DNA of 64,000 nucleotides, from positions 448,001 to 512,000 of the forward strand of contig CAWEQH010000008.1 of assembly GCA_963811165.1 (NCBI GenBank), read 5' to 3'. Numbering within the stretch: the stretch's first letter is position 1; the number at the start of each line of letters is the position of its first letter. Below are positions 9,596 through 20,195 of the stretch, piece by piece. The notes beneath the pieces were generated by a model. The model searched no databases, had not been told where the DNA came from, and saw only the letters and a program-made list of their open reading frames with translations. This DNA is from an uncultured Nitrospiraceae bacterium (GTDB lineage Bacteria > Nitrospirota > Thermodesulfovibrionia > Thermodesulfovibrionales > UBA6898). Both the position numbers and the translations under genes were made by a program.

Positions 9596-9765
9596 ACCCC
9601 CCGCTCCCCCCTTATCAGGGGGGCAATGAAGATGTCCCTTCCTCGATCAGGGGGCAAGCGCAATGTTCCTGCCCTTGATAAGGGGGAGCAAGAGCTGTAT
9701 TTTTCCCTTGATAAAAGTGGTAAGGGTGATTTTCCTCCCTTGATAAGGGGAGGGTAGGAGGGGTT
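9596..9765. repeat. Array of five degenerate CCC(C)TTGATAAGGGG palindromes with inverted outer ends
   Basis: Units at about 9606-9623, 9636-9654, 9668-9687, 9703-9720 and 9734-9753; period about 30-35 bp. Confidence 0.75.
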
Positions 9766-9766
9766 T

Positions 9767-10219
9767 ATGAGCAAAAAATCGATCGCGTTGCTGATGCTCC
9801 TGATCATCTCTCCGGTGATCATATATTTTATCTGGCCGACCGACGAGGGCAGAATAAAGAAGCTCTTTAGAGAAGGCGCCAGGGCCGTTGAGGCGAGGAA
9901 GGTGGATGACGTCATATCAAAGGTGTCCTATAACTATACCGACCGGCACGGACTGAGTTATCTTGCCCTTAAACAGGGCCTGGAGAGGGAATTTAAACTT
10001 ATGAGCAATATCAGGATCGAGTACGATATTACGCAACTTGAGGTAAGAGACAAGACCGCTACGGCCGGTATCGATCTGAGGGTCATCGCGACGCGTGGGA
10101 ACGACACGGGATATTTTATCGGTGATGCCGCCAAACCCCTTTCCATGAAATTCTTCCTGGAAAAAGAGCGGATGAAGTGGCTCATCGTGAGTTCGGAAGG
10201 CGGCCCTGTTTTAGAATAG
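9767..10219 (+). CDS. Membrane-anchored hypothetical protein (possibly NTF2/SnoaL-like fold)
   Basis: N-terminal TM helix, GGAGGGG SD, ends in W-L-I-V-S; the fold is a guess. Confidence 0.7.
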   Translation: MSKKSIALLMLLIISPVIIYFIWPTDEGRIKKLFREGARAVEARKVDDVISKVSYNYTDRHGLSYLALKQGLEREFKLMSNIRIEYDITQLEVRDKTATAGIDLRVIATRGNDTGYFIGDAAKPLSMKFFLEKERMKWLIVSSEGGPVLE

Positions 10220-10363
10220 CCTTGCAGTTGTAATGAAGCGGCTGTTCAGTATCGCCGCTTTGAAGCGCTTTTGCAAACCTGATATAATAAGGCCCATAAT
10301 TGTGAAAAAGGGTGACGTTCCTGGTCCCTTAGAACTTCTCAAAAACACGAAAGGAGTCCGGAA

Positions 10364-10990
10364 ATGAAACGGTCAATACAGATTGCTACGCTTATTATTC
10401 TTGCATTGCCGCTCGGCTTCCCGCAGGCGGCGCTGTCCGAGGTAAGGATTTACCTTAATAACGGAAGGGACATTGTTGCAGACAGCTGCAGCGACTCGAA
10501 TGGGAAGCTCGTCTGCGAAAAAATGGGCGGGACTTTCGAGATCGATAAAAAGGATATCTTGGATACAAAGGGGATAACCATAGATCACACTGCTTCTCCC
10601 AAAGATGCTGAAGCTCCTGAAGACAGGAAAGGACAGGACGCGGTAAAAGATGGTAAAGAACCGGTCAAGTCTGAAACAGAAACGAAGGGCGCCAAAAAGC
10701 AGCCCGAAGGGGTCCCGATTATTGGGCTGAAGCCGGAAGACGAAGAAAGGCTCGGCCAGATAGACCGGAAGAAGCTGGAGATGAAAAATGAAAGGCAGAG
10801 GCTTATCACGGAGCAGGAAAAGCTCCATGAAGACATCAAGGTTACCGGCATGGTAAAAACACAGGCCCAGCTCGATGCAATAAAAAGCCGAATTAAAGAC
10901 CTCGAAACCCGGATCATTAAGTTTAACGAGGACGCAAAGAAGCTGAACGACGAGGAGAAAAATATCATTGAAGGGAACAAGAACAAGTAG
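10364..10990 (+). CDS. Secreted hypothetical protein with C-terminal coiled coil
   Basis: AAGGAG SD, signal peptide, IYLNNG motif, heptad-rich charged C-terminus. Confidence 0.75.
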   Translation: MKRSIQIATLIILALPLGFPQAALSEVRIYLNNGRDIVADSCSDSNGKLVCEKMGGTFEIDKKDILDTKGITIDHTASPKDAEAPEDRKGQDAVKDGKEPVKSETETKGAKKQPEGVPIIGLKPEDEERLGQIDRKKLEMKNERQRLITEQEKLHEDIKVTGMVKTQAQLDAIKSRIKDLETRIIKFNEDAKKLNDEEKNIIEGNKNK

Positions 10991-11098
10991 CGCTGGATTG
11001 TGTAACTTATTTCATAATTAGGAGGCTGGCTACATAGTTTGTTCTGATCATTGGATATCTTATCCCTTAGAAACAAGGTGTTATGAAGAATATTTTTT

Positions 11099-11114
11099 TG
11101 GCATTTGCATTGCT
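11099..11114 (+). promoter_or_regulatory. Sigma54 (-24/-12) promoter of the pilus operon
   Basis: TGGCATTTGCATTGCT = GG-N10-GC, matching TGGCA-N6-TTGCW, about 48 nt before ATG 11162. Confidence 0.65.
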
Positions 11115-11161
11115 TAATCATGAAGACAGTCTGATTATTTTTCTGACAAAGGGAGGCGGTC

Positions 11162-11479
11162 ATGAATAGAAGAAATTATATAATAACGCTGGCAATCGGT
11201 TGCTTGTTGGTCCTCCTTGTATCCGGTGCTGTTTTTTCCGCCGAAAAGATGAAGGGAGGAGGTCTTTTAACATCAACAGAAGATGACGGGACAGTCATTA
11301 TTAGAGATGTAAAGGGCCATTCGAACGGCTATCTGTTGTCTCCCTCAGTTATCGTCCAGGATCTCCGAGGGAGACAGATATCACTGAGAGACATCCCGCT
11401 TCCTCACTATGTGTCTTTTGAATACGAGTATCCTCGAGGGGGCTTTATGATTACTTTGATAAAAGAAACTGCGGCATAG
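11162..11479 (+). CDS. Small secreted hypothetical protein, first gene of the pilus operon
   Basis: GGAGG SD and signal peptide. Confidence 0.7.
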   Translation: MNRRNYIITLAIGCLLVLLVSGAVFSAEKMKGGGLLTSTEDDGTVIIRDVKGHSNGYLLSPSVIVQDLRGRQISLRDIPLPHYVSFEYEYPRGGFMITLIKETAA

Positions 11480-11493
11480 ATGGAGGTACTACG

Positions 11494-14400
11494 GTGAAGA
11501 GCAGAAAAAATATTCCGTTTGCTGTATTAGGCGTTTTCCTGTGCGCTTTTCTGATGCTGTCTGCCCGGGCAGAGGCCAATCCACCGTCTCAGCTTGGTTA
11601 CTGTATTCAGCCGCCTTTTATTGTGGCCCCCAAGCAGCCGAATGTTCTCGTTATCCTGGACAATTCGGGCAGTATGAACTGCCTTGCATACCAAACCGAC
11701 TACGACCCCACGCAATTTACTACCGGCACTTATTACGGATATTTTGATCCGGCCAAGAATTATCAATACTATACATCCGGCTCTCCCACTACGACTAATC
11801 CAAACAGATGGATACCGACCGCTGCTGCAATGAACACCGGGACTGCGGCAAATCCGATTGCAAGCGGCAACCTGCTTAACTGGATAACTATGTCAAGACA
11901 AGACATTGCAAAGAGACTCCTGATAGGCGGCAGGGCGGGTATAGGCACACCTTCCGGCTCCAGCACTGTTTATGCCGACTCATACAACCCCTGCGACCGC
12001 TCCACCGTTGCTACGACGAGTTGCCCTTCGGGTCCGTACCCGTCTTCGGTGAAGCTGTACGCCAACAGCAACGCGACGACCGGCCTTTCGTGTGCAACGA
12101 ATGTTAAGAGATATGATGGCACGAGCACCAACCTCATATACCCTTTTAACGCCGACTATAACTATACCGTTAAAACAACGGACTCATCCTCTCCTCAGTC
12201 CAGCGATCCCCCGATACGTTCCGTATAACGTTTGCTGACCCAAATACAATAAAATTGTATCCAAATCGGACTTACCCTGGCAGTAATCCTGTTTATTCTT
12301 TTCCTGCTACATGGTTAAAGTGGTCTACTTGCGCAACTACGTCTTCATCAGCTGACCCGTATACTCTTGTAGACGAAACAACTGCCAATACTTCGGATTG
12401 TATAACCAATCGAACAGGGGCGGCCAATGTTGCAACAGACCAGGCGTTATTTGACTACGATCGCACAAACGCTACCCTGCTGGCAGCCTCGGGCACCATC
12501 AGCAGTATCGCTATCCATGCATATGCCAAGAAGACCGGATCCTCCACGCTGAATCTTCAGGGAGTGCTGTGGATGAATATTCCTCTTTTGCCGGATTCGA
12601 TTCAGCCTTCGGCGAAAGTGGCATTAACTACTAGTTGGCAGGACATTACATTTGACTATCCATTGAATCCCATGACAGGCGCACCCTGGCAATGGAGCGA
12701 CTTAACCGGCACTACTTCTGCGACAGGTCCGAACAGGGTGAAGGCCTTCGGGGTCCAGGCATATGGGGCCTCAGCGCTGTCATCTAGTTTCTATCCCTCG
12801 GTAAGCCAGGTTTACATACAGGTAAACGTCACCTCCTATGCTGGAGGGCCATATAACATTATCGTAGACCAGGGGACCACGCCGACATCGGGGATACTTG
12901 ATTCCATGAGCAGTGAAGTCAGGTTCGGACTGGCCCAATACAGTACCAGTGGAAGTGGCGGGAAGATAGCCGATACCAGCGCAACAACCCCCACGTATGT
13001 CAATTCCGGCAATGTCCCGAACATTATTAAGTCAATCAGCAATACTCTGGGTTCAACCAGCACTCCCCTAGCGGAGACCCTTTATGAAATGGAGAGGTAT
13101 TTCGGTCAGTATTCAACGTATTACACCAGTTCAGACTATACAATGGGTTGCACCACTGCAACAAATGGCGCTTCCAACTGTACAGGTCATAGCGTAAACA
13201 CCAATGACCCATATTATTATGGAGGTACCATTAACCAATATGTGCCATGTACCCAGTCATATATCCTGCTGTTGACGGACGGGGAATCAAATAGTGATAC
13301 GAGTCTTCCCGGAACAGCTACAACCCCGCCCTACGCTCCTTGTTCCGTCACGAATATAAAAGGGTGTTCAGGTTCCGGGACTCTTCCCCGCCCCACCAGA
13401 TATGGCGGGACCACGATTGGACAGACGTATACCGGTTCAGGCTCGGATTATCTTATAGATGTGGCATACTGGGGAAGGGCAAGCGACATGCGCACCGGAG
13501 CAACCGATCTGCCGACCAACTGGCAGCAAGGGCTCCCGAAAGCTCAGAACGTCTACCTTTACAATGTATTCCTGTTCGGCAGCGGTTCGACGCTCCTGCA
13601 GGATGCTTCAATTTACGGCGGGTTCCAGGACATTAACGGCAACGGACAGCCTGACTGTACCACAATTCCCTCGGAATGCTATCGGGACAGCAATGGCGAC
13701 GGCCTTATTACTTCCGTAAGGCACAGTTTCTGTTCAAATCAGGCCCCTACTTATGCCACAACCTGCTTAACTGACGCTGACTGCCCTGCGGGTGGGACCT
13801 GTCTTGAACCTGATGCTCCAATTACCTATTACGAGGGCGATGATGGGTATAAACTGCAGGCGAGCATAACGGCTGCGCTAACCGAAATATTGAAGAGGGC
13901 GGCGTCGGGGACCGCGGCCTCGGTTCTGGCCTCAGGACAGGGCAGTGGAGCTAACCTTATGCAGGCCATTTTTTACCCCAAGCGGTCCTTAAGCGGCCAG
14001 TCCGATATTATGTGGACCGGCACGCTTGAAAACCTTTGGTATTATCTCAATACTTCAACAGGCTCGAGCACCATCAGGGAGAACACGGCGGACACGGGCT
14101 CAACCTATCAATTGGACCTCAATTTAGACCGCATCGTCCAATTTTTCTTTGACGATACAAGCCAAATGACCAAGGCGAACCTCTTTTCTGACGCAAACGC
14201 CGATGGCTCCTGCCGATAGTGCGACCCCCGTCTCAGTTGTCGATGCGACCAACCTCAAATTCCTGTGGGAGGCGGGGTTGATGCTCTGGAACACAGATGC
14301 CAGCAGCAGGACGATCTATACGAACACAGGCTGCAGCTGCGCCGACACTACGGCCTGTCCGACCTCCACCTGCGCTGCAACAACAAATGCCTTTGACGGG

Positions 14401-16664
14401 ATGACGGAGTTCAAGACAGCGAATCTCACCGGGACCACACCTACGCTCAAGAGTCTGTTGAACACAGACTATACTGTGGGACCGGGATCGGCCAAAGGAC
14501 AGCCGCGAATAATACGACAGTGGCCCAAAATATAATCAACTATGTGAGGGGTGTCGATATTGCTCCTGTCACATTGACGACTCCGACTGAGACCATTTCT
14601 TACAGGTCCAGATCGACAGCTATTGACTTGAACAATAACGGCACGATCACTGATGCTAGTGTACCTATGCCCATGGGAGGGCCGAATTGGAGCGAAGCGA
14701 GCAAGGTCTGGAAGCTGGGTGACATCATCAATTCGACACCGCGCGTGGCATCGTGGATACCTTTGAACCTCTACGACAAAACGTACAGTGACCAAACGTA
14801 TGCCACTTTTGTCGGATCATCGGGTTACAAAGGCAGGGGCATGGTGTTTTCAGGAGCCAACGACGGCATGCTTCATGCCTTCAAACTCGGCACGCTCGAT
14901 CTGACCAGATCCGGAAATATTATGGCAAAGCTCTGCGAGGACACCAATGGGAATGGCATATGCGACTCGGGCGAGACCACCAAAGTCGACCTTGGAAAAG
15001 AACAATGGGCGTTTATACCTAAGAGCGCCCTGTCGTATCTGCAGTATCTTGCCAGGACGGATTACTGCCACCTCTACTATGTCGATTCCACCCCTTATCT
15101 CTTTGATGCGAGCATAGAGGCGCCGGGCGTCCATACAAGCGATTACTGGACGCAAACCAAAACGCAAGACTCATGGAGAACGGTGCTGATCGGCGGCACG
15201 AGGCTCGGCGGCGCTTGCAGCGGTCCCAGCTATTGCAGGCTGATCGCCTCGCCGTTTACAGTAACGACGACGATATGCAGTGACGACTCCGACTGCGCAA
15301 CAGGACAGCTGCGCTAAAACAACGAATACGGTTGGAGCGCCTGCAATCAATCAAGGGTATTCATCATATTTTGCCCTTGATATCACTAATCCCACGGCGC
15401 CGGAACTGATGTGGGAATTTACAAATCCAAACCTCGGCGCTGCATTCAGCGGCCCGGCGATTGTGAAAATAAACGCCAGGACTTCAGACGGGACGAACCC
15501 GAGCACTGCCGATGTAACCAAGGACGGGAAATGGTTTGTTGTCTTTGCATCCGGACCTACCGGCCCGGTGGGGAATTCATTGTTCAAAGGATTTTCCAAC
15601 CAGAACCTCAGACTCTTTGTTCTTGACCTGAAAACAGGAAGCCTGCTCCGTACTATAGATACGGGTATCGCAAATGCTTTGGCGGTTCCCTGAACAACGC
15701 GACTATCGATTATAATTTCGAATACCAGGATGACGCCTTGTACCTTGGCTATACTAAATCGGAAGACGCAATACCTTCAGGTACCACGGCGTGGACCAAG
15801 GGCGGAGTGCTGCGCCTTATCACCAGGAAGGACCTCCACGGCTATGATGTCTCGCCGACAGCAACGGCAGCGAATCATGGTACGGCGCTGAACCCTGCAA
15901 ACTGGCTTGTGAGCAAGGTCGTCGACAACATAGGCCCGGTGACTTCCTCGGTCGCGCATCTTGCCCATTATTCCGCTTCGTACGGCACAACTCCCGACGC
16001 GGTATACCTCTACTTAGGCTCCGGCCGATATTTTTACCCCTTCGATGATACGATGAACCAGCGTACGCTCTATGGTTTCAAGGATCCCTGCCTTACAAGT
16101 TAATAAGGCCCATTATTCTAAACACGGACCCCGTATGTGACGACAACGGCGGGACTCCTGTGACCTGCACTTTTACATCAGCGCCGCTAAAGGACTTTTT
16201 CGATCCGCAGGCTATGAAGGACGCGACTTCAAATTCATCTTACCAGGGCGCAGATGTGACAAATGGGTGGTATATAAACCTCGATACCCCGGCAGGAACG
16301 GCGTACAGTGAACGGATGATCACCGACCCGCTTGCTGCCACGAACGGGGCTGTCTTTTTCACTGCATTCTCTCCGAATACGGATATTGTGCCTATGGCGG
16401 TTCCACTAATCTATGGGCCGTCAAATATGACACCGCTTCCGCGATCGGTTCATTAATTTCGGGTGTGGGATTGCTGCAGGTGTCGACCGGCTGCTATTGA
16501 TCAGATCGGCCTGGGCTCTAGTTTCGGCACTGACTCCTGATGTCAGCCACAGGCTGGGCCGGCGGACCGATTCCGTAGACGGGGTGCCGCCTACAGGCCA
16601 GGGGCTTTGGATAATAGTTCCTCCGAAACCGCTTGATACTATTTTGAGTATAAGGAAAAAATGA
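11494..16664 (+). CDS. pilY1: PilY1/PilC type IV pilus tip adhesin (multiple frameshifts, probably sequencing errors)
   Basis: Fragments give YCIQPPF..PNVLVILDNSGSM (VWA-like), TPLAETL, LLTDG, ILKRAASGTAASVL, WKLGDIINSTP, GANDGMLHAF, YYVDSTP, WRTVLIGG, YFALDIT, GWYINL; stop TGA 16664 overlaps the fimT ATG. Confidence 0.85.
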
Positions 16665-17173
16665 AGAATAACCAGGGAGTCACATTGGTCGAGCTGCTGG
16701 TGGTTATTTCCGTGGTAGTCATACTTGCTGTGGCCCTCGGTTTTTCCTACCAGGGATGGCTTGGCAGATTCAGGGTCGAAAGCGCGGTGAAGCAGCTCCA
16801 TGCAGATTTGATGGATGCGAGGGGGCGGGCAATGCAGAGGAACTCTACTTACCTTGCAGATTTTCCTACAGCGACTACATACAGGATAGCCAATGATCTT
16901 AACGGCAACGGCGCTATCGACACTGCCCCGACCAATGAGGTCCTGCCGACATTCCCTAAGACTGTGGCATATCCCCTCGCCGGAGGCGTTCTCCTCACCT
17001 TCGATCCGCGGGGGCTCATATCCTCGGGCAATCCGCCGGTCCTCATCGGTGATCCGCTGAATCCGAATCCGGTCACCATAAGCCTTACATCCACGAATAC
17101 TCCGGATTACGACTGCGTTGTAATGTCCCAGTCAAGGATAAATATAGGGCTTATGGCGGGAGGGAGTCTGTAA
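16661..17173 (+). CDS. fimT: FimT/FimU/GspH-like minor pilin
   Basis: Class III signal QG|VTLVELLVV; ARGRAM motif. Confidence 0.8.
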   Translation: MKNNQGVTLVELLVVISVVVILAVALGFSYQGWLGRFRVESAVKQLHADLMDARGRAMQRNSTYLADFPTATTYRIANDLNGNGAIDTAPTNEVLPTFPKTVAYPLAGGVLLTFDPRGLISSGNPPVLIGDPLNPNPVTISLTSTNTPDYDCVVMSQSRINIGLMAGGSL

Positions 17174-17693
17174 TGCAAAATAGACGACTGGATCACAAAG
17201 GCGTTACCCTTGTCGAGGTGCTGATCTCACTGGTGATACTTTTGATCGTATTCCTTGGGCTTATCCAGGCTTCTATTTTGAGCATTAACCACAACCTCCG
17301 TAATGAGATGAGGGATGAGGCGGCCAGGATCGCATCCGAATCTAGGGCAGAAGCCATGCGTTACTCAGATCAACACTCTCGGCCGGAGTGCCGCCACCTG
17401 CTACTCCGGTTACTGCTGTGGTTTGTCCGGTAAAAAGCAGGTTATCCGTTCGTGATATCACCGTTATTGCCTCAATTTTTTTTTGAGGGGCCTTGACCGC
17501 CATTGCACGAGGCCTCCAAATAAATAGGGGGCATCAGAAACAGCACTCAACCATTTTTTTTGTCGAGGGGAGCAGTTGTTATACTGATAATTCTTATAGC
17601 AATGCGACGGTTACCATAACAGTTTCATATACAATTCCCGGCGATGCTGTCCAAAGCACAACGACTGCCAGTGATATTGTGAGAAGGTATTAA
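17173..17693 (+). CDS. pilV: PilV-like minor pilin (frameshifted)
   Basis: KG|VTLVEVLISL; C-terminal VTITVSY fragment at 17493-17693; middle is garbled. Confidence 0.65.
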
Positions 17694-18957
17694 TGACGAT
17701 TAAGAGACATACTTGGATGTCTGCGGTCTTAGACCGGCTTGTTCTTTGTCAGTCTGGAGGATTCACACTGGTTGAGCTGATGATTACCATGATAATATTT
17801 GTTTTGGCGATCGCAGCTGCCTCGCAGATATTTGTGGGGCTGCTGAACCAGTTTAAACAGCATAGCAACATTGCAGAGACGAATATCGAGGGTATTATCG
17901 GACTGGAAATGCTCAGGGCCGACATCCAACAGGTGGTGTTGGCCTGCCCTGGAACATAGGTGCTAATAATTATAATGAGGCGGTCAATGATACTGCCAAC
18001 GTTCTGGACAGGCGTTGATACACGGCCAAATTATAATGATGCAACCTGCTGAACCCTCCAAGGGCACTGGTAATTGGGCCGGGAGAGGGGTTGAACGGCT
18101 CTGACATCCTTGTTGTCAAGGCGACGAGTGTCGGCAACAAACGCCACCGCACATAAATCCGACTTATATTACGCCGGGCGCTGTACCTCCGATTAAATCT
18201 GGGGGCTCCGCGCAGGATGACCTGGTAAATACGGATTATGTTATTGCAATACAGCAGGTCGACCGACAAATGGGAACCTAATGGTACTATTTAGGCGGCG
18301 CCTGAATGAAGCAAATGGCGGATTTCAATTCGTCTGCACTCCGCCTGGAAACGATGTCCACCGGTTTAAGCGCCTACTACCGGCTTTACCCCCCCTGAAA
18401 GCAACCTGATATTCGGGGTTAGTCTGACCGGTCCCCTGCGGATGCCTTTTAACCGGGGCGGATTATAATATTGAGAACGCCCGCCGCCGGCATGCCGACA
18501 AGATGTGCGCCGGGAACAGGAGTTTTATACAAGGCAACTGTTAATCACGCTGACGGCAAACATTTAGAAATGCCCTTAATGGACTGTGTTTTAGATATGC
18601 GGGTGGTCGTCGCTGCCGAAGTTCCGCCCCCCGGTACAACGATTCGTACCGGCACCGCTAACGCAGCCTGGAGAGCAATACCTCCGCCCGCTCTTGGGGC
18701 AGCACAACAGGTGAGGGACCAGGCCATCGATGTCAGGGTCTATATAGTTGCTCAAGAGGGACAGGAGAGACACTTCGTATACCTATGTGAATCCGAATCC
18801 ACTTGCAGGGCCGCCAGCGTGTATGGGTGCGAATATGGTATGTATTAACGACAACAGTGGCGGCATAACAACAGTAATTCCTGTTACGGTCCCGGATGTG
18901 AACTACCGGTGGAAATTATATACATTAGTGGCCAAGCCATATTTTAGTCTGAAATAA
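17693..18957 (+). CDS. pilW: PilW-like minor pilin (heavily frameshifted)
   Basis: GG|FTLVELMITM; later fragments MPTRCAPGTGVLYKA, VRVYIVAQEG, NYRWKLYTLVAKP. Confidence 0.65.
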
Positions 18958-18967
18958 TGAGGTAATA

Positions 18968-19563
18968 ATGAAATTAATAAGAAACGAAAAAGGCATAGCG
19001 CTCGTGATGGTTTTAATATTTTCAATGATAGGGCTTGCGATTGTATCGGCGATGCTTTTTATGTTGAACAGGGGACCAGGACGTCGGGCGCCTTCAAGAT
19101 CTATAAATCGGCGGACAAGGCAGGGCTCGGCGGCACAGTGGCTGCGGTAGGATTGATCAAGACAAGAGGCCTCTATATTCCCGCAGCTAATCTGCCCTTT
19201 GGGTTGGACCATGCCTCCAGCAAAAGCTGAGTGCCCCAAGCACAGGATGGACCAGTTGCGCCGGTGATCCCGACCAGGCTTTCGATGGATCCAACTGTCA
19301 GCCCGGATTATTTTATTGATCTCCCCGGTCCATCGGAACTTCCTTCAGGGCATATTCAAAAATTGTTTCCTCTGTCCAGGGCAACACTGACACCAGCGGA
19401 CTTGTTACGACCGGGCAATTGGGCGGCCAAGGTGTTGTTGCTTCTGCAAGCGGTATGGTGAGTCCTCCGGCTGTCCCCTATCTCTACAGCATTGAGGTCG
19501 AGACCCAGAATGCAGCAAACCCGGTGGAAAAAGCGCGATATTCAACCTTATATGCGTATAGGC
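18968..19563 (+). CDS. pilX: PilX-like minor pilin (frameshifted)
   Basis: NEKG|IALVMVLIF lacks Glu5, as is typical of PilX; C-terminal PYLYSIEVE..EKARYSTLYAY. Confidence 0.6.
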
Positions 19564-19700
19564 ATTTTTCTTCTAAAGCCGCGGTCCGACCTTGTCCGGG
19601 GCCACGCTTTTACGTTTTCCGGTCACGGTTATCTTGAAAATTACCCTGTCTCGTGTTATCATTTCTTCATGCGTATGAAGGGATTTTCGATCTTTTAATT

Positions 19701-19970
19701 ATGGCGGACAAACAGTTTAAATATTCCCTCATTCTTAGGGCGACCGATGACAAGAGGTTGCAGTATATTACTGCCAGGCGACTGGGTGAGCTCTGGCCGG
19801 AGCAGTCGTTTGCTCAGTGGAAGGCAAGGGTGGACAGAGGGGAAACCATAATCCTTATGCGTTCCGATAGCTTAGCGGAGATAAACCCGTACAAGCAGAA
19901 ACTTGACGAAGCCGGTGCGATCTCGGATATCGTGGAGCAGAAGTCCATCGGTGGAGCGAAAGTTTTCTAA
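19701..19970 (+). CDS. Hypothetical protein
   Basis: Open frame with protein-like composition (MADKQFKYSLILR...). Confidence 0.55.
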   Translation: MADKQFKYSLILRATDDKRLQYITARRLGELWPEQSFAQWKARVDRGETIILMRSDSLAEINPYKQKLDEAGAISDIVEQKSIGGAKVF

Positions 19971-20160
19971 TAGGCGCGCAAGAGACAAATAGTGCCGTGC
20001 GGACATGCGAGATCAAGTTTTACCGTTCTGATTTTTTGAAACATCTTTAAGGAATTTACTTCTCCCCCTGCAATGGAAGCCCTACAGTAGCCTGCTTTTT
20101 CTGCGGTATTTATTGTCTTCTGCATGTGTCTCCGTATCTCTGTGTTTATCCTTCGCGCAA

Positions 20161-20189
20161 TTGACTTGAAAATCCCCATAAGTTAATAT
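20161..20189 (+). promoter_or_regulatory. Sigma70 promoter of dnaE (leaderless layout)
   Basis: TTGACT-17bp-TAATAT, 6 nt before ATG 20196. Confidence 0.55.
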
Positions 20190-20195
20190 TTCTGT

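Noticed and set aside
9596..9765. CRISPR array
   Set aside because: Units are degenerate, linkers are only about 12-16 nt, ends are inverted and there are no cas genes; a REP/BIME-like mosaic fits better.
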